Positions 6,166 through 15,281 of a stretch of 32,000 nucleotides of DNA are shown here, in pieces. Source of the DNA: Alkanindiges illinoisensis DSM 15370 (GTDB lineage Bacteria > Pseudomonadota > Gammaproteobacteria > Pseudomonadales > Moraxellaceae); the NCBI RefSeq assembly GCF_000619845.1, contig NZ_JHUX01000010.1:1-32000 (forward strand). The letters run 5' to 3'. Position 1 is the stretch's first letter, and the number at the start of each line of letters is the position of its first letter. A model generated the notes under the pieces. It did no database searches. It saw only the letters and a program-made list of their open reading frames with translations, and was not told where the DNA came from. Both the position numbers and the translations under genes were made by a program.

Positions 6166-6526
6166 CGTTATGGTTCCTGATAAATGTACTGCCTGATCAT
6201 AAAACTGGGTGGCATAAAGTACGAGTAAAAAATATGGTTGCTGCGTTGATTATTTTTGTGGAAATGACTGTCGCACTAATCATTTCCACACCAATCATTT
6301 TTGGGTAGCTATTTTATAACACTGAACTGCAAATTGATAAGCACCGGGGAAGGTGGCAAAAGTTGCCAAGCTATGATGCTGATGGTTATCCGTGATAAGC
6401 AGACAGGAAACTTGCCTTTATATCGTGGCTTAGGCACTCTACGCTAAATAGCCAATACCACGGTACTGGGAAATTGAAGTATCAAAAACCACAATATGAG
6501 AAATCAGGCATGAGGAATAAGACATT

Positions 6527-6979
6527 ATGAGTGCAACAGCTTACTGGATTATTGGCTTTATTGTACTGTTTATTCTGGGATCTATTATGGGCCTGCGCGT
6601 GAGCCCGCGTGAGAAAGCACTGGGTGAAATGCGTGACCGTGCACGTAAAATGGGGCTGCATCCGCGCCTGATGCCTGCACCGGCATGGATTCATCATACT
6701 GCACCTTCGGGACGTGAAGGCGGCATGGTGGCGTTTTACAGTATTTTGCTGCCGGAAGCCCGCTTGCCCCTGATGCAGGCACTGGTTAACGGGCAAAAAC
6801 TGCAAGTGAAAACCGGGAACACGCAATTTGATGGACAATCCCTCGATTTAAAGGGAATATACGCGCTAGAAATGCAAGCCAACTGTGCAGGCCTGTATTG
6901 GGATGAAGAAAGCGATTTGCATGGCGAACAGCTTGAAAAAATGAAGAATACCCTTATGTCCTTTGCACAGCAGGCTTAA
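6527..6979 (+). CDS. Hypothetical membrane-anchored protein (150 aa)
   Basis: Backbone GC. It has an N-terminal hydrophobic helix (AYWIIGFIVLFILGSIMGL) and sits immediately upstream of topA. I recognise no family. Confidence 0.6.
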   Translation: MSATAYWIIGFIVLFILGSIMGLRVSPREKALGEMRDRARKMGLHPRLMPAPAWIHHTAPSGREGGMVAFYSILLPEARLPLMQALVNGQKLQVKTGNTQFDGQSLDLKGIYALEMQANCAGLYWDEESDLHGEQLEKMKNTLMSFAQQA

Positions 6980-7021
6980 ATTCAGCAAGCTACCCTTAAT
7001 TTTTGAGAAAACCGAAGCACT

Positions 7022-9721
7022 ATGCCAACAGCGCCACGCTCTACCACAAAAACAACTGCCAGAAGCCGTAAGGCAGCCAGCAGTACTGCCCTGCCTGATG
7101 ATGATCAGGACATCAGTACGGCTAAAAAGGCACGTGCACTGGTTATTGTAGAGTCACCTGCCAAAGCCAAAACCATTAATAAATATCTGGGCAAGGATTA
7201 TATTGTCAAATCCAGCGTGGGCCATGTGCGTGACCTGCCGACCAGTGGTGGCGGAAAAACCACAACGGCAGCCAAGGGCCAGACCAAAACCAAGCTGACC
7301 GCTGCAGAAAAAGAAGCCAAAGCCCAGCAGGCACTGGTCAATCGCATGGGTGTTGACCCGGAACATGGCTGGAAGGCGCACTATGAAGTGTTGCCCGGCA
7401 AGGAAAATGTAGTTAGTGAGCTGAAAAAACTGGCATCGCAAGTCGATGAAGTATATCTGGCAACGGACTTGGATAGAGAAGGGGAAGCCATTGCCTGGCA
7501 CTTGCAGCAGGTGATTGGTGGCAAACCCGAGCGCTATCGCCGCGTGGTGTTTAATGAAATTACCAAAAATGCCATTCAGGATGCCTTTAAAACGCCGGGT
7601 CGCCTTGATGTGGACAAGGTTAATGCACAGCAGGCACGCCGCTTTTTAGACCGTGTGGTGGGCTTTATGGTGTCGCCACTGCTCTGGGAAAAAATTGCCC
7701 GTGGCCTGTCGGCTGGCCGGGTGCAGTCGGTTGCGGTAAAGCTGGTGGTGGAGCGCGAGCGTGAAATCCGGGCATTTATTCCCGAAGAATACTGGCAGAT
7801 TTTTGCCGATACGCTGAGCCAGAAAGCCAAGCAAAGCGACGAAATCCGTCTGGAAGCGGTTAAGCAAAACGGTAAAACCCTGAAACTGCAAAACAAGGCA
7901 CAAACAGATGCCGTGCTGGCCGTACTCAAAGATGCAGCCTATAAAATTACGGCGCGGGAAGACAAGCCAACCAAAGTCAACCCTAGTGCGCCGTATATCA
8001 CATCCACCCTGCAACAGGCTGCCAGCACCCGGCTTGGTTTTTCTGTCAAGAAAACCATGACACTGGCGCAGCGTCTGTATGAGGGTGGTTTTATCACCTA
8101 CATGCGTACCGATTCAACGTTTTTAAGTACCGATGCGGTCAACATGGTGCGTCATCATATTGAGCATGAATACGGTGACAAGTACCTGCCTGCCAAGCCA
8201 AACCGCTATGGTAACAAGGCCGGTGCACAGGAAGCACACGAAGCCATTCGTCCATCCAATGTAGGGTTAAAGGGCGACCAGCTCACCACCATGGAGCGTG
8301 ATGCACAGCGCCTATACGACTTGATCTGGCGTCAGTTTGTCTCCTGCCAGATGACGCCAGCAGAATATTTGTCGTCCACCATTATGGTAGAAGCCAATGG
8401 TGTCGAGCTGAAAGCGCGTGGCCGTACCTTGGTATTTGACGGGTTTACCCGTGTGCGTGGTGCCAATAAGCAGGATGATGACGTACTGCTGCCCAGCGTT
8501 AAAGTGGGTGAGGAGCTCAAGCTGGTCAAGCTTGATCCCAGCCAGCATTTTACCAAGCCACCAGCGCGTTTTACCGAAGCTTCACTGGTGAAAGAGCTTG
8601 AGAAAAAAGGTATTGGCCGGCCATCGACCTATGCTGCCATTATTTCCACCATTCAGGATCGTGGCTACGTCAAGCTTGAAAACAAGCGCCTATATGCTGA
8701 AAAAATGGGTGATATTGTCACCGACCGCTTAAATGAAAACTTTAGCAACCTGATGGATTATGCCTTTACTGCAGATCTGGAAGGGCAACTGGATAAAGTG
8801 GCAACCGGCGAGCGTGACTGGAAAAACCTGCTGGACAGTTTTTATAGTGATTTTACCGCCAAGCTTGCGCATGCCAAGGCACAAGAAGGCATGCGGCCTA
8901 ACCAGCCCGTGGAAGTCCCTGATGTGCACTGCAAGGAATGCGATCGTGCCATGCAGATTCGTACTGGCTCTACCGGGGTATTTTTAGGCTGTTCCGGCTA
9001 CAACCTGCCGCCGAAGGAGCGTTGTAAAGGCACGCTAAATTTGACCCCAGTGGAATCACTGGCCGCCATTACCGATGATGACAGTGCCGAAACTGCCGAC
9101 CTGATGGCCAAAAAACGCTGCCCAAAATGTGATACTGCCATGGACAGCTATTTTATTGATGGTGGGCGCAAGCTGCATGTGTGTGGTAACAATCCGGATT
9201 GCGAAGGCTATCTGGTGGAAGAGGGCAGTTTTAAAATCAAGGGCTATGATGGCCCAACCATTCCTTGCGAAAAATGTAATGGTGAAATGCAGTTAAAAAC
9301 CGGGCGTTTTGGGCCGTACTTTGCCTGCAATAGCTGTGACAACACCCGCAAGGTGCTGAAAAATGGTGAGGCTGCACCGCCGCGTGAAGATCCCATTCAA
9401 ATGCCGCATTTGCGCTCCACCAAGCATGATGATTTCTTTATCCTGCGTGATGGCGCAGCAGGCCTATTTCTGGCAGCCAGCAAGTTTCCCAAGGTGCGTG
9501 AAACCCGTGCGCCAACCATTGCCGAATTGCGTAGTGTCAAAGACCAGCTTGCTGCCAAGTATCAGTACCTGCTTAAAGCCCCTGACACTGACCCAGATGG
9601 CAACCCGGCGATTGTGCGCTGGAGCCGTAAAAACAGTGCGCAGTATATTTCTTCGGAAAAAGACGGCAAGCAAACCAAATGGACCATGATTTTTAAAGAT
9701 GGTAAATGGGTTGAAGGCTGA
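7022..9721 (+). CDS. topA: DNA topoisomerase I
   Basis: 899 aa with the Toprim start [28 protein letters not shown], the active-site region [10 protein letters not shown], and C-terminal Cys4 zinc-ribbon repeats. A ~38-aa basic N-terminal extension precedes the canonical start, so the true start is uncertain. Confidence 0.95.
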   Translation: MPTAPRSTTKTTARSRKAASSTALPDDDQDISTAKKARALVIVESPAKAKTINKYLGKDYIVKSSVGHVRDLPTSGGGKTTTAAKGQTKTKLTAAEKEAKAQQALVNRMGVDPEHGWKAHYEVLPGKENVVSELKKLASQVDEVYLATDLDREGEAIAWHLQQVIGGKPERYRRVVFNEITKNAIQDAFKTPGRLDVDKVNAQQARRFLDRVVGFMVSPLLWEKIARGLSAGRVQSVAVKLVVEREREIRAFIPEEYWQIFADTLSQKAKQSDEIRLEAVKQNGKTLKLQNKAQTDAVLAVLKDAAYKITAREDKPTKVNPSAPYITSTLQQAASTRLGFSVKKTMTLAQRLYEGGFITYMRTDSTFLSTDAVNMVRHHIEHEYGDKYLPAKPNRYGNKAGAQEAHEAIRPSNVGLKGDQLTTMERDAQRLYDLIWRQFVSCQMTPAEYLSSTIMVEANGVELKARGRTLVFDGFTRVRGANKQDDDVLLPSVKVGEELKLVKLDPSQHFTKPPARFTEASLVKELEKKGIGRPSTYAAIISTIQDRGYVKLENKRLYAEKMGDIVTDRLNENFSNLMDYAFTADLEGQLDKVATGERDWKNLLDSFYSDFTAKLAHAKAQEGMRPNQPVEVPDVHCKECDRAMQIRTGSTGVFLGCSGYNLPPKERCKGTLNLTPVESLAAITDDDSAETADLMAKKRCPKCDTAMDSYFIDGGRKLHVCGNNPDCEGYLVEEGSFKIKGYDGPTIPCEKCNGEMQLKTGRFGPYFACNSCDNTRKVLKNGEAAPPREDPIQMPHLRSTKHDDFFILRDGAAGLFLAASKFPKVRETRAPTIAELRSVKDQLAAKYQYLLKAPDTDPDGNPAIVRWSRKNSAQYISSEKDGKQTKWTMIFKDGKWVEG

Positions 9722-9820
9722 TTTCTTAAATGGTTTAAGATCATTGTTTGGCTACTAAATTTTTAAATGCAAATAGGTATTTATGATCTTAGTAGCTAGT
9801 TTTTAATTCAAATTAATGGC

Positions 9821-10738
9821 TTACTGCACAACCATTGAATCTAATAGTCGGGTAATTTGTTGATGGTAAAATTTCCAGTTCTCGGCCATTTCTTCCGCAT
9901 CATCTCGTGGATAAGCAATAATTAAGTGATTTTTATATAAAATTTTCATTTGATATCCTGCAAAACCTAGTGAAGAGTCAATTTTTACTGCCATGGCAGG
10001 CGGTGTATTAACAGGTGACCGCCAAAATATAGAATCACGTACTGCTAAGCAATGTGCTGGCGTAATATCGTAGCTAGGCTTATTTGCAAGGTCTTTTAAC
10101 GGCCATTTACTGCTTTCTTGATAATTAGGGTCTAAAGCTTTTTTTTGCAAAGCTTGAACATCATAGCATGTCATTTTTACATACTGCTCAAGCCCCGATA
10201 TGTCCTTGCCTCTAAATAGCTCTTCACCTTCCCCGCAACAGTCCCTTTCTCGGTTAAGCACATCACCCTTTCCATCTCTAAATATTTGTACGACATATTC
10301 ATCTGCATAGATTTCTTTTTGTTTTCTTGTAATCTCTGGGTTGTCAGTTTTTTTAGGATAAACATAAGGAACAGGCTGACCATTAGACCGCCTGAGTTTG
10401 AGATAAATCGTGTCTATCTTACGATTTTCCATTGGCTTTAAAGCCCAAATCACAGTTTCAAACTCATTATTTTTATCCATTGCACCAGATAAATACGCTA
10501 CAGGTATTTTCAACTTTAATGGCGCTATATCCTGTTGAGCGTTGCCTTGCCAATTGACCTGTAGATGGGTTTTAGTTAAATAATATTCAGGTGCATAGCT
10601 TTTATTAAAGCTGTCGATTTGTGCTTCTATACTAAATGGGTTAGAACATGCGGTTAATAGGAAAATAGACAATAACAGAGTAAAAGCCTTTAACCATGGA
10701 TTACCTTTAAATTTTCTCTTAAAATTATATATATACAT
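9821..10738 (-). CDS. Hypothetical lipoprotein (305 aa), low-GC
   Basis: Signal peptide with lipobox (LLLSIFLLTAC). The gene and both flanks are markedly more AT-rich than the neighbours. I recognise no family. Confidence 0.7.
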   Translation of the reverse strand: MYIYNFKRKFKGNPWLKAFTLLLSIFLLTACSNPFSIEAQIDSFNKSYAPEYYLTKTHLQVNWQGNAQQDIAPLKLKIPVAYLSGAMDKNNEFETVIWALKPMENRKIDTIYLKLRRSNGQPVPYVYPKKTDNPEITRKQKEIYADEYVVQIFRDGKGDVLNRERDCCGEGEELFRGKDISGLEQYVKMTCYDVQALQKKALDPNYQESSKWPLKDLANKPSYDITPAHCLAVRDSIFWRSPVNTPPAMAVKIDSSLGFAGYQMKILYKNHLIIAYPRDDAEEMAENWKFYHQQITRLLDSMVVQ

Positions 10739-10845
10739 TTAATAATTCTCATCTTAGATAAAATAGTAATTAACTTTAATAAATATCTTTTTTAATAACT
10801 AATGATCTTAAGTGAAGTATAATAATCAATTATTTTATGACATTA

Positions 10846-11634
10846 TTAATTCACCCAGCCAATCTCTCTTGCGGTCTTTGGCCCAATCACAGTTTGCGCC
10901 AGATTTTTAGGAATCACTGCCTTGCTTTCATTAATGACCAGTCGTCCGCCCATCAGCTCGGCTTTGGCTTGAGGAAATAACGGCTGCTGCTGCGGATTGC
11001 CATAGCCATCGGGAAAGGCGGGCATGTTATTGGCAAAATCATATTTATCGTTAGCGCCCAAGGTATGCAGCAGTTCATGGCTTAAAATCACCAGATTCTG
11101 CTGGCTATAGCTGGCTTCACCGAACAGGTTAACCCGGCCCACACGGCCTTTTTGCAATGCCGTGGAATGGCTTAAACTGCGATGCTGCTTTGGATCAAAA
11201 TACAGTAAGTACAGCTGAATTTGTGGATGGATGCTAAAGTCCTGCTCATTTCGCCAGGCAAAATAGCGTAGCTTTAAACTCCACAGCATGATTTCAATAA
11301 TGCCCCCATTGACTGGCGGGGCAGGCGGCAATTGACTAATGGGTTTACCCAGCACAATATTAATTGGGCGATACAAAGGAACGCCATAACGCCTGGCTTC
11401 GCTATTTAAAAACTCACTTGCTTCTACAAAGTCAGCTGCAGTTAGGTGTTGAATATACTGCTCAACCTGCGGATTATTTTCTACATTGACGGGATAGACC
11501 GCCACATAAAAGCTGTTTTTCCAGTTCAGGTCGGCTTTATCCTGTAGCGATTGAATAATCACCACGGCCAGAATAACCAATAAAATAAAGACCCGGATTT
11601 TTTCCACATAAGCTGTCCTGTGGCTAAGCTTCAA
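10846..11634 (-). CDS. Membrane-anchored putative zinc metallopeptidase-like protein (HExxHxxGxxD motif)
   Basis: 262 aa with an N-terminal TM helix (VFILLVILAVVIIQ) and the motif SHELLHTLGANDKYD. It starts 9 bp downstream of corA on the same strand. Confidence 0.7.
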   Translation of the reverse strand: MKLSHRTAYVEKIRVFILLVILAVVIIQSLQDKADLNWKNSFYVAVYPVNVENNPQVEQYIQHLTAADFVEASEFLNSEARRYGVPLYRPINIVLGKPISQLPPAPPVNGGIIEIMLWSLKLRYFAWRNEQDFSIHPQIQLYLLYFDPKQHRSLSHSTALQKGRVGRVNLFGEASYSQQNLVILSHELLHTLGANDKYDFANNMPAFPDGYGNPQQQPLFPQAKAELMGGRLVINESKAVIPKNLAQTVIGPKTAREIGWVN

Positions 11635-11643
11635 TCAAGCGGT

Positions 11644-12615
11644 TTAACGCAGCCAGCCTTTGCGCTTGATATAAATAAGTGGCAACAATGCCGCTGCAAC
11701 CGTCAGAATCATGGAGTAAATAAAGCCATATTTCCATGACAGTTCCGGCATCACTGAAAAATTCATGCCATAAAATGTGCCTACCAAGGTGGGTGGCAGG
11801 AACACCGCAGTGATAATGGTAAAAATCTTAACGATCTGGTTTTGTTTAATGTTCAGGATGTTGGTAACTGCATTTTGCAGGTAACGCACTTTTTCATGTT
11901 CAAAATAGGCATGTTCCTTGACCCCTGTCACATCTGCCGCCAGTTCATTCACCAGCTCTTCAAGCTCAGGATGGGTGAGGCTATCGACTTCGCCACTTAA
12001 GTAACGCACTGCCCGTGCCAGTGAGAGCTGTGCTTCCAGACAGCGTGAAATCAGTTCTTCTTTTTCATTCAGGCGGCGCATGATCTTCAGCAGATCTTTT
12101 ACACCCAGTTCGCGGCCATCGGCACTGTAACCTTCTGAAATCTCAAAAATGTGTTCAGAAAGACATTCTAGCGCATCGGTAATATGGTCAAGGCTATTAT
12201 CAGCCATGTCATTTGCTGCCCGAAGCAGCACTCTCAGCACGGCACGTGGATTTTGATGATTACGTGGTTTCTTACGCAAGCGTGCAATGACCTGATTAAA
12301 AGGTTGAAAATCCGCATGATGGCTTAAGGTCGCAACCCAGTGCTCGCCCAAAATAAAGTTTATCCGCCCAAACTGTGGGGTGCCGCCTTCGGTCAGCCTG
12401 AGCAGATCGGTACGCAAATACAGTAAATCATCCGTTTCCATCACGCTATTGCGCTGGACAGCCACCTCTATACCAAAATGTGAGCGTAAAATCGTGGCTT
12501 CATCTATAGTAGGCGCAGTAATCTCAAGCCAAATAATCTGGCCATCATCCTGTGCGTCAGGCAAGCCCTGAATCATTTTTAATTCTTGTGCAGTTTTGAT
12601 CAGGCAGTTAATCAT
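11644..12615 (-). CDS. corA: CorA/ZntB-family divalent metal ion transporter
   Basis: 323 aa with two C-terminal TM helices and the YGMNF signature. Confidence 0.85.
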   Translation of the reverse strand: MINCLIKTAQELKMIQGLPDAQDDGQIIWLEITAPTIDEATILRSHFGIEVAVQRNSVMETDDLLYLRTDLLRLTEGGTPQFGRINFILGEHWVATLSHHADFQPFNQVIARLRKKPRNHQNPRAVLRVLLRAANDMADNSLDHITDALECLSEHIFEISEGYSADGRELGVKDLLKIMRRLNEKEELISRCLEAQLSLARAVRYLSGEVDSLTHPELEELVNELAADVTGVKEHAYFEHEKVRYLQNAVTNILNIKQNQIVKIFTIITAVFLPPTLVGTFYGMNFSVMPELSWKYGFIYSMILTVAAALLPLIYIKRKGWLR

Positions 12616-12681
12616 AAAAAAACTCGTTGCTTTGGCTTTTTACGCTATCAATAGATTGATTTATAGGATGTATCTAAAAAA

Positions 12682-12801
12682 TTATGCAGCAAAGTTCCAG
12701 TAATGGACAAATACCATGATGCCAACAATCAAAAGATAAAGCACCAGTACGGCAAGCAGGACTTCATTTTCCATGCTGATTTTATGATTGTTTTTTTTCA
12801 T
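12682..12801 (-). CDS. Possible small membrane protein (39 aa)
   Basis: Found by hand translation; it is not in the ORF track because it is under 60 aa. Sequence: MKKNNHKISMENEVLLAVLVLYLLIVGIMVFVHYWNFAA*, with one clear hydrophobic helix. Confidence 0.3.
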   Translation of the reverse strand: MKKNNHKISMENEVLLAVLVLYLLIVGIMVFVHYWNFAA

Positions 12802-12907
12802 GTTAAACACTGGACAGGCAGGTGAAGATGACAGACAATAGTAACCATAAAAAAATAACTTAAGCCAGACCAGTTGCCCGGCTTAAGCCATCATCATGCA
12901 GGCAAGT

Positions 12908-13753
12908 TTAGCGAATGGCATCGCCCCAGGCCGGCACAATGGTTTGCATCAGCGGTTTCAGCAATTTCATGGAGGTGGCAATAATCTGCCCATTGTTCAG
13001 GCTGTCTGTGCCGCCTTTGGCATCTACAACCACGCCGCCGGCTTCCTTGACAATCAGCTCACCAGCCGCCAGATCCCATGGCTTTAAGCCCAGTTCAAAG
13101 TAGCCATCAAAACGCCCGGCAGCCACGTAGGCCAGATCCAGCGCGGCAGAACCACCACGACGGATTTGCGCCCCGGCTTTGGTCACGGCCAGTAGGGTAT
13201 TGAAGTGCTGTTCGGCATATGATACGACTTCACCATTGCGTATGGTGGCATATGGATAGCCCACCGCCAGAAAAGTGTCTTGTAAAGTGTCTTTGGGGGT
13301 CATACGAATACGGCGCTGGGTTCCACTGACATCACGCAACAGGGCACCCTGACCACGGCTAGCCGTAAACATTTCGTCTTTAACGGGGTCATAAATGACG
13401 CCATGCTGGGTCACACCTTTGTGCTGCACGGCAATCGACACACAAAAATGCGGATAACCCTGAATAAAGTTAACGGTGCCATCTAAAGGATCAATAATCC
13501 AGCACCAGTCAGCGTCATTGCCCTGACCTTCCTGAAGGCCAAATTCTTCACCCAGAAAGCTGTGCTTGGGATAGCTTTTTTTTAGGGTAGCAATAGTAAG
13601 TTCTTCAATATAGCGATCCAAACGGGTAACCGGACCATCAATACCCTTGCTTTGAATTTGCAAGTCCAGCTTATGGCGATTTTGATGCGCTTTTAAAATT
13701 TCACTGCCAACTGTTTGAGCCGCGCGCGCAGCCATCACCACCATAGGTTCCAT
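12908..13753 (-). CDS. suhB: Inositol monophosphatase family protein
   Basis: 281 aa. MEPMVVMAARAAQ... aligns with E. coli SuhB MHPMLNIAVRAAR. The LGEE, WIIDPLDGTVNF and GSAALDLAYVAAGR motifs are present. Confidence 0.9.
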   Translation of the reverse strand: MEPMVVMAARAAQTVGSEILKAHQNRHKLDLQIQSKGIDGPVTRLDRYIEELTIATLKKSYPKHSFLGEEFGLQEGQGNDADWCWIIDPLDGTVNFIQGYPHFCVSIAVQHKGVTQHGVIYDPVKDEMFTASRGQGALLRDVSGTQRRIRMTPKDTLQDTFLAVGYPYATIRNGEVVSYAEQHFNTLLAVTKAGAQIRRGGSAALDLAYVAAGRFDGYFELGLKPWDLAAGELIVKEAGGVVVDAKGGTDSLNNGQIIATSMKLLKPLMQTIVPAWGDAIR

Positions 13754-14060
13754 GATTCACCCATTTGAATTAATTAAAGACGTCAAAGAATATAGAACAA
13801 GTCTAGTAGGCTATTTTAGCAAACTTATACTGACTCGTGTGGATTATTGTATTTCGCATTAACTAAGGACTGGCATGTACAGCAGGGCCAATTTTGTAAA
13901 CATAGATTAAAGCCAAAACGTTTTCTAAAAAATGATTGGGCATGAATAGTTACAGCAACTCATAAAAAGCAGGACAGCAATTGAGGCGCTAAAACGGTTA
14001 AATGAACAACACACCTTTGATAAGAAAATGGCTTATTAAGCCTATGGGATAAATCACGCA

Positions 14061-15110
14061 ATGACTCAAAATGTGAATGAAAGCATGAATCAACATATCA
14101 ATCAGACCATGCAGGCTATTGAAATTAGTCATCCGGGTGGGCCGGAAGTTTTACAGCGCACCACACGTGAGGTTCCTGTGCCCAAAGCGGATGAGGTGTT
14201 GATTGAAATTGCCGCAGCCGGGATTAACGGGCCGGATGTGATGCAGCGCAAGGGTTTATATAATCCGCCAGCCGGAGTCACTGATATTCCGGGACTGGAA
14301 ATTGCAGGCAGAATCGTGGCGTTGGGCAGTAAAGTTGGACAAATCAGCAGTTATCAGGTGGGCGATTTGGTATGTGCTTTGATTGCTGGTGGTTATGCTG
14401 AATATGCCGTTGCACCCGTGCGCAATGTGATGCCAGTGCCTACTGGTCTAAGCCTGATTGAAGCAGCCAGTGTGCCCGAAACCTTTATGACCGTCTGGGC
14501 ACATTTGTTTATGCGGGCTGGGTTTAGCGCAGGCAAGTCCATTTTGATTCATGGCGGGACATCAGGCATTGGTACCACCGCCACCATGCTATGCCGTGTC
14601 TTGGGTGCCACGCAGATTTTTACCACCGTGGGCAGTGCCACCCAGCAGCAAGCCAGCCTTGAACTGGGTGCAAATGTGGCTATCAATTACCGGACTGAGG
14701 ATTTTGTCGAGCAGGTCAGGCAACATACGGAAGGACATGGGGTGGACTTTGTTCTGGACATTATTGCCGGAGACTATGTGCCACGTAATTATCAGGTGGC
14801 AGCCGTGAATGGCACCATTGTGCAAATTGGCGTGGCGCAGGGCAAGGTAAAGGAGCTGGATTTATTTCCAATGCTGGCCAAACGGCTGACGCATCTGGGT
14901 GCAACCCTGCGTTCTCAAACGGTAGAGCAGAAAGCGGAAATTCTCCGTCAGCTACAGGAACGGGTATGGCCGTTATTTGCCGCAGGTCAGATCAAACCCC
15001 AACTATTTAAAACCTATGCCTTGCATGATGCACACCTTGCGCATGCGCAATTGGCCGAGGGCGGTCATATTGGCAAACTGGTGCTAATAAATGAAAATTT
15101 TAAGGCATGA
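14061..15110 (+). CDS. qor: NAD(P)H:quinone oxidoreductase (zinc-type alcohol dehydrogenase superfamily)
   Basis: 349 aa, MDR family, with EVLIEIAAAGINGPD, GLEIAGRIVALG and the nucleotide-binding ILIHGGTSGIGT. The true start may be the internal Met at 14109. Confidence 0.85.
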   Translation: MTQNVNESMNQHINQTMQAIEISHPGGPEVLQRTTREVPVPKADEVLIEIAAAGINGPDVMQRKGLYNPPAGVTDIPGLEIAGRIVALGSKVGQISSYQVGDLVCALIAGGYAEYAVAPVRNVMPVPTGLSLIEAASVPETFMTVWAHLFMRAGFSAGKSILIHGGTSGIGTTATMLCRVLGATQIFTTVGSATQQQASLELGANVAINYRTEDFVEQVRQHTEGHGVDFVLDIIAGDYVPRNYQVAAVNGTIVQIGVAQGKVKELDLFPMLAKRLTHLGATLRSQTVEQKAEILRQLQERVWPLFAAGQIKPQLFKTYALHDAHLAHAQLAEGGHIGKLVLINENFKA

Positions 15111-15202
15111 GTTAAGAGATAATTTTTTATTTTATGAATCAAAAACTTGTAAAAATTAAACTGGCTGGGCTTTCTAAAGCTCAGATAAAAACATGCTGAA
15201 AT

Positions 15203-15236
15203 AAAAAAGGCACCCAGTTATGAAGTGCCTTTTTTT
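15203..15236. terminator. Putative bidirectional terminator between qor and dxs
   Basis: AAAAAAGGCAC...GTGCCTTTTTTT has a short GC stem (5 bp) extended by A/T tracts, with an 11-nt loop. Confidence 0.45.
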
Positions 15237-15281
15237 AGTGCTATTAGCTTAAACGCAATATGAGCAGTTACGCATAAGAAG

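Noticed and set aside
7022-7135. Basic ~38-aa N-terminal extension of TopA as a novel domain
   Set aside because: It is more likely lineage-specific low-complexity sequence or start-codon uncertainty. There is no in-frame ATG closer to the Toprim motif, so I kept the ORF-track start and only flagged the uncertainty.
9751-9800. Hairpin GCTACTAA...TTAGTAGC followed by TAGTTTTT as the topA terminator
   Set aside because: The 8-bp stem encloses a loop of about 30 nt, a poor geometry for an intrinsic terminator. I kept the region only as part of the 9-mer repeat observation.
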